From Candidatus Delongbacteria bacterium (lineage in GTDB: Bacteria; UBA4055): a stretch of 54,749 nt of DNA. The stretch lies in contig JAFGVM010000089.1 in assembly GCA_016937995.1 (NCBI GenBank), positions 1-54,749 of the forward strand. The letters are read 5' to 3'. This document shows positions 50,297 to 54,749 of this stretch, piece by piece (position 1 is the first letter of the stretch; each line of letters starts with the position of its first letter). The translations under genes were made by a program, and so were the position numbers. The notes under the pieces were generated by a model that saw only the letters and a list, made by a program, of their open reading frames with translations, did no database searches and had not been told where the DNA came from.

Positions 50297-51325
50297 ATGA
50301 ATATTAAAAAATCCCAATATTTGTTATTATTTATTTTCATTACTGGTATTTTATTTTCTGTATTTTCAGCAGAAAAAATATTTTGTGATCAATGTGAAAA
50401 TCTGATAAAACCCGGAACAAGTTATTTAACATCTAACGGAAAGATCTACTGCAGTGAAGAATGTTTTGAAAAAACTTTGCCACAGTGTGCAGTCTGTGGT
50501 GAACCTGTGAAAAATGGTTATACTCAGAACGGATCGAGTTATTGTAGTAAAGAATGTTTAATGACAACCTGGGATAGATGTGAGTTCTGTGGCAAAAGGG
50601 TTCAAAATGGTTATTATATCGGTAATAAACATGGTGCTTTCTTCTGCAGTGATTGTATGAAAAAGCCAAAATGTTATCTCTGTGGACATCCTGATGACTG
50701 CACAACTCTCTCTGACGGTAGACTTATTTGTCATAAATGCGAGAAAACTGCGATAATCAGTCCATCTGATGCAAGAGATATCTTTGATGAGGTCAGAATT
50801 AAGATGAAAGAAAAAATGGATCTGTCCACGGATCATATAATTGAGTTCAAACTGGTGAACATTCATGAATTGAGTGAAGAGTCTGAACTACAGTATACAA
50901 ATGAATTCATGGAACAGGGATTATTCGTTCATGAGGAAAGAACCAGAACATATACTAAAACTAAAACTTTATTTGGATTCGAATTTGGTAAAGAAATAAA
51001 AACAGAAATTATTAACAATTTCTCTATTTTAATGTTGTTTTCTTTAACTAAAGATAAATTTATCGAAGTTGCAGCTCATGAGCTCGCACATGACTGGATG
51101 CAGGAAAATTATCCCAATATCACTGATCTGAAAATATCAGAGGGATGGGCAGAATTTGTAGCATCTCAGGTCAATAATCATTATGGTAACTCACATATGA
51201 ACACACGTATGAAAGAGAATCCGGATCCTTTTTATGGAGAAGGATACAGGTATGTGGCAGGTTATGCAAAACTGCATGGTGTTTCTGGACTGTATAAAAT
51301 GTTTGCAGAGATGAATAAAAAATAA
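50297..51325 (+). CDS. exported zinc-finger (LIM-like) metallopeptidase, DA1-like
   Basis: Signal peptide, many CxxC/CxxxC pairs, 'LSDGRLIC', HELAH, SEGWAEF, 'DPFYGEGYR'. Confidence 0.75.
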   Translation: MNIKKSQYLLLFIFITGILFSVFSAEKIFCDQCENLIKPGTSYLTSNGKIYCSEECFEKTLPQCAVCGEPVKNGYTQNGSSYCSKECLMTTWDRCEFCGKRVQNGYYIGNKHGAFFCSDCMKKPKCYLCGHPDDCTTLSDGRLICHKCEKTAIISPSDARDIFDEVRIKMKEKMDLSTDHIIEFKLVNIHELSEESELQYTNEFMEQGLFVHEERTRTYTKTKTLFGFEFGKEIKTEIINNFSILMLFSLTKDKFIEVAAHELAHDWMQENYPNITDLKISEGWAEFVASQVNNHYGNSHMNTRMKENPDPFYGEGYRYVAGYAKLHGVSGLYKMFAEMNKK

Positions 51326-51420
51326 ACTGTAGGGGCGTTATTCATAACGCCCTGAAAATCAAATAATACATCAATATTTATTTTGGAAAAAAAGGGCGTA
51401 ATAAATTACGCCCATACAGT
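51326..51420. repeat. inverted GTAG-REP doublet
   Basis: ACTGTAGGGGCGTTATTCATAACGCCC ... GGGCGTAATAAATTACGCCCATACAGT, between convergent genes. Confidence 0.7.
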
Positions 51421-51447
51421 TCGTTCATTCAACATTATATATTTTCT

Positions 51448-52371
51448 TTATTCCCATATCTTGACTTCAAAGATCCCTTTTGAAGTCGCTACCCCGCGGT
51501 ACATACCGAGTGTATTATACGGTAAAGAAAAATTCCCTTCCTTATCAACAGCGATAAGTCCACCGATTCCTTTTTTCAACACTTTATGTGTAACATATTC
51601 TGAAGCATCTTTTAAAGAAAGTCCTTTATACATCATTAAAGCATGAATATCAAAAGCGATCACATTTTTGATAAATTCTTCTCCTTCCCCTGTACATGAA
51701 ACAGCGCAGGTAGAATTATCAGCAAAAGTTCCGGCACCTATGACAGGAGAATCTCCGATACGGTCCCATTTTTTATTCGTCATACCTCCGGTAGATGTAG
51801 CAGCTGCAAGATCACCATAAATATCCAAAGCTACAGCTCCAACAGTTCCTTTAGGAGCAGCAGCGAATTCAGCATTATGGTCCAGAGATGTTTTATCTGA
51901 ACCTTGTACCAGTCTCCACTGCTCATATCTTTTCACAGTATCAAAATACTTTTTATTCTTGAATTTATATCCAAGTTCTTTCGCAAATTCTTCAGCTCCT
52001 TTTCCATTAAGAAAAACATATTTACTGTTGGACATCACATCTTTAGCGAGAGATACAGGATGTTGAATTCTTGTGATACCCGTGACAGCTCCGCATTGCC
52101 TGTTCTTACCGTCCATGATTGAAGCATCCATACTGTGACCACCGTCAAAAGTAAATACAGAACCTTTACCACAATTGAATAACGGACAGTCCTCGAACTT
52201 ATTAACTACAAGTTCCACAGTATTTAATGCAGTTTCCCCTTTTTTTAGGAGTTTGTTACCATATTTTAATATTTTTTCTAAAGCTTCAAAGTATAGTATT
52301 TTCTGATCTTCAGGTACAGTTGGAGGAATCGCTCCTGCACCACCATGTATTGCTAATGTATATTTTTTCAT
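51448..52371 (-). CDS. iaaA: isoaspartyl peptidase / L-asparaginase (Ntn hydrolase)
   Basis: LAIHGGAG, MDASIMDG, GTVGAVA (Thr nucleophile), ATSTGG, RIGDSPVIGAG, SCTGEGE. Confidence 0.92.
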   Translation of the reverse strand: MKKYTLAIHGGAGAIPPTVPEDQKILYFEALEKILKYGNKLLKKGETALNTVELVVNKFEDCPLFNCGKGSVFTFDGGHSMDASIMDGKNRQCGAVTGITRIQHPVSLAKDVMSNSKYVFLNGKGAEEFAKELGYKFKNKKYFDTVKRYEQWRLVQGSDKTSLDHNAEFAAAPKGTVGAVALDIYGDLAAATSTGGMTNKKWDRIGDSPVIGAGTFADNSTCAVSCTGEGEEFIKNVIAFDIHALMMYKGLSLKDASEYVTHKVLKKGIGGLIAVDKEGNFSLPYNTLGMYRGVATSKGIFEVKIWE

Positions 52372-52495
52372 AGGCTATCCTTCATTTATTTAGATGTAAT
52401 ATATTGAATTCAGTAGAGATATAAAAACATATTTCTTTATTTCTAAACCGAAGGAATTATCTTACCTTAATATTTCAACGAACTCAGAGAAAACT

Positions 52496-53830
52496 ATGCA
52501 ATTATTTGAATACGGTGAAGATAATATTGAGGATGTAGCACCTGAAATGATACCTCTTGCCGAGAGGATCAGAGCTGACAAGCTTTCAGATTATGTAGGT
52601 CAGGAGCATTTGACAGGCAAGGACGGCATTATAAGCAAAATGCTCAAAGGAAACACTGTTTTCTCAATGATGTTCTGGGGTCCTCCCGGGACAGGGAAGA
52701 CAACACTTGCTAGATTAATAGCAAGTGTATCAAATTCAAAATTTATCAAGATAAGTGCAGTCAGTTCAGGTGTGAAAGAGCTCAGAGAGATCATTTTTAA
52801 TGCATCTGTTTCTGTCAGGAACGGTCAGAGTGTAATTCTTTTCATAGATGAGATCCACAGGTATAATAAAGGTCAGCAGGATGCTCTTTTAAATTCGGTG
52901 GAAAAAGGTATTATCCGTCTTATCGGAGCAACTACAGAGAATCCATCATTCGAGGTCAATTCTGCACTTCTGTCCAGGTCAATGGTACTGAAGCTGAAAT
53001 CACTTGACGATGAAGCTTTGCAGAATATTCTTGAAAGAGCGATCAAGGATGATGTTGTTATTAAGGAGATGAAAGTTTCACTGGATGATGAATCCAAACA
53101 GATACTTATTGAGTCATCAGGTGGTGATGCCAGAAAAATGCTCAATACTCTTGAGCTGGCTATTCATATCATAGGTAAAAAGAAGAATATTAAGATCACT
53201 GCAAAAGAAGTGAAAAATGCTCTTACAGACGGTAGAAAAAGATATGACAAGACAGGTGATTATCATTATGATATTATCAGTGCATTTATAAAAAGTGTTA
53301 GAGGATCAGATCCTGATGCAGCTTTGTATTATCTTGCCAGAATGCTCGATGCCGGTGAAAAACCCGAGTTCATAGCAAGAAGACTTCTTATTTTAGCTTC
53401 TGAGGACATCGGGAATGCATCACCGAACGGATTGGTCATAGCTCAAGCTTGTTTCGATGCTGTCAGAGTTCTCGGAATGCCTGAAGGAAGGATCACACTG
53501 GCTCAGACAACGACATATCTTGCGTCTCAACCTAAATCGAATGCATCTTATGTTGCACTGGCGAAAGCTGAACAGGCAGTTCAGGAAGCAGGTGATCTTG
53601 CTGAAGTTCCTCTTCATTTGCGTAATGCTCCTACAAAGTTGATGAAAAAGCTCGATTATGGTAAAGGATACATTTATCCTCATGACGAGGAAGGGAATTT
53701 TGTGGATCAGGATTACATGCCTGAGAGACTGAAAGGTGAGCAGTTCTATTTTCCTACTGAGAATGGGTTGGAGAAGCAGATCAAGGAGAGATTGAAAGGG
53801 TATTGGAAAGGAAAGAAGAAATACAAATAA
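52496..53830 (+). CDS. rarA: replication-associated recombination protein A
   Basis: GPPGTGKTT, FIDEIHR, GATTENP, SAFIKSVRGSDPDA, ASEDIGNA, VPLHLRNAPT. Confidence 0.95.
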   Translation: MQLFEYGEDNIEDVAPEMIPLAERIRADKLSDYVGQEHLTGKDGIISKMLKGNTVFSMMFWGPPGTGKTTLARLIASVSNSKFIKISAVSSGVKELREIIFNASVSVRNGQSVILFIDEIHRYNKGQQDALLNSVEKGIIRLIGATTENPSFEVNSALLSRSMVLKLKSLDDEALQNILERAIKDDVVIKEMKVSLDDESKQILIESSGGDARKMLNTLELAIHIIGKKKNIKITAKEVKNALTDGRKRYDKTGDYHYDIISAFIKSVRGSDPDAALYYLARMLDAGEKPEFIARRLLILASEDIGNASPNGLVIAQACFDAVRVLGMPEGRITLAQTTTYLASQPKSNASYVALAKAEQAVQEAGDLAEVPLHLRNAPTKLMKKLDYGKGYIYPHDEEGNFVDQDYMPERLKGEQFYFPTENGLEKQIKERLKGYWKGKKKYK

Positions 53831-53831
53831 C

Positions 53832-53897
53832 CATACCGTAGGGGAGGGTTTCTTACCCTCCCCTACGGTATGAGTTATGAGGTATAAGGTATGAGTT
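53832..53897 (+). repeat. perfect 18-bp GTAG-REP hairpin running into a heptamer array
   Basis: CATACCGTAGGGGAGGGT-TTCTT-ACCCTCCCCTACGGTATG, then GGTATGA/GTTATGA/GGTATAA/GGTATGA. Confidence 0.75.
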
Positions 53898-53903
53898 ACT
53901 TCG

Positions 53904-53928
53904 TGGGTGTTTTTGCACCCTTTTTTTA
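53904..53928 (+). terminator. intrinsic terminator after rarA
   Basis: GGGTG...CACCC stem followed by a T-run. Confidence 0.6.
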
Positions 53929-53932
53929 TGTT

Positions 53933-54016
53933 GTCATTCTTCCCGATAATCGGGAGGAATCCAGGGGTAGCGGTTGAACCCTTACGAATCCGACATTCTG
54001 GACTCGATTCAGGATC
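53933..54016 (+). repeat. GTCAT-headed palindromic repeats
   Basis: GTCATTCTTCCCGATAATCGGGAGGAATCCAGG (53933-53965) and a degenerate copy at 53992-54016. Confidence 0.6.
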
Positions 54017-54065
54017 TTTTATACCGGTCAGAAAATTAATGTAAGGGGATGCTGTGCTGGGAAGG

Positions 54066-54749
54066 CTAAATAGGTTGATTATTTACATACTCAAGTATCT
54101 CATCCATCTGCTCCGGCTCGAACCAGTTCATCTCAGGGATTCTTTTAAACCATGTAACCTGCCGCTTGGAAAAGTGACGTGTATTTTTCTGTATCTCTTC
54201 AATCATAGTATCTTTAGAGATAGACCCGTTTAGAAATTGGACTACTTCTTTATACCCGATCGTCTTTTGCAATCTTTTAAGTTCAGGGTTATATTTATTT
54301 ACAAGATATTCCACTTCTCCGATCAAGCCTTCATCTATCATTGTAAGAACTCTGGAATTTATTCTTTCATAGAGTTTTTCTCTATCAAGATTCAACCCAA
54401 TGTAGATCGGATCAAAGAATCTTTTCTCCTGATGCTCTTCATGCAATTCACTGAGTTTCTTACCTGTAAAATGAAAAACTTCGAGAGATCTGTGAATTCT
54501 CTGTCTCTGTCCCGGAGGAGTTTTCTCAGCATATTCAGGATCAGCTTTCTGAAGCATTATATAACATTCTTCTATCGGTAGCTGCTCAAGTTCCTTACGA
54601 TACTCAAGCTTCTCAACATCATCTATTCCGAGATCATCAAAGAATCCATGAACTGCTGACTGAATGTATAGTCCGCTGCCTCCGCAGATGATAGCATTTT
54701 TCCCTGCAGAATAAAGATCAGTCAATTTATCTCTGACCTCATTACCATA
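54066..54749 (-). CDS. miaA: tRNA dimethylallyltransferase, 5'-truncated by window edge
   Basis: Frame is open to the window end; CGGSGLYI, 'RIHRSLEV', 'LYERINSRV', TIGYKE, TRHFSKRQVTWF. Confidence 0.95.
   Translation of the reverse strand, partial: YGNEVRDKLTDLYSAGKNAIICGGSGLYIQSAVHGFFDDLGIDDVEKLEYRKELEQLPIEECYIMLQKADPEYAEKTPPGQRQRIHRSLEVFHFTGKKLSELHEEHQEKRFFDPIYIGLNLDREKLYERINSRVLTMIDEGLIGEVEYLVNKYNPELKRLQKTIGYKEVVQFLNGSISKDTMIEEIQKNTRHFSKRQVTWFKRIPEMNWFEPEQMDEILEYVNNQPI

Overview
AT-rich (roughly one-third GC by eye) chromosomal window from a diderm, probably anaerobic bacterium (TolC, TamB-like protein, Na+-pumping decarboxylase, selenoprotein SelD; no firm taxonomic call). It is mostly housekeeping and transport genes: 3' part of an AAA-ATPase/TPR protein, selD (in-frame UGA plus SECIS, missed by the ORF track), a metallophosphatase, rpsT, ClC, TetR-RND-TolC-MFP, an amidohydrolase, prfA, TamB-like, mntP, an XRE/membrane/DUF3857-transglutaminase cluster, an OYE reductase, a PNGase F-like protein, an ABC half-transporter, groES-groEL (sigma54-type promoter), a methylmalonyl-CoA-decarboxylase-type Na+ pump operon, a hybrid histidine kinase, an AEC transporter, iaaA, rarA and partial miaA. 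The most unusual items are: a 2668-aa exported beta-propeller/TPR protein with a dead and an intact CHAT (caspase-like) domain; two ~110-120 bp hairpin repeats flanking the decarboxylase operon whose cores are inverted relative to each other; an RND pump lacking the canonical proton-relay residues; a small secreted hyperacidic repeat protein; and a secreted zinc-finger DA1-like peptidase. Intergenic DNA is dense in small repeats (GTAG-REPs, GTCAT palindromes, heptamer arrays, pseudoknot-like stems). No CRISPR array, rRNA, tRNA or intact transposase was recognised. All calls come from motif reading only; no database search was run.
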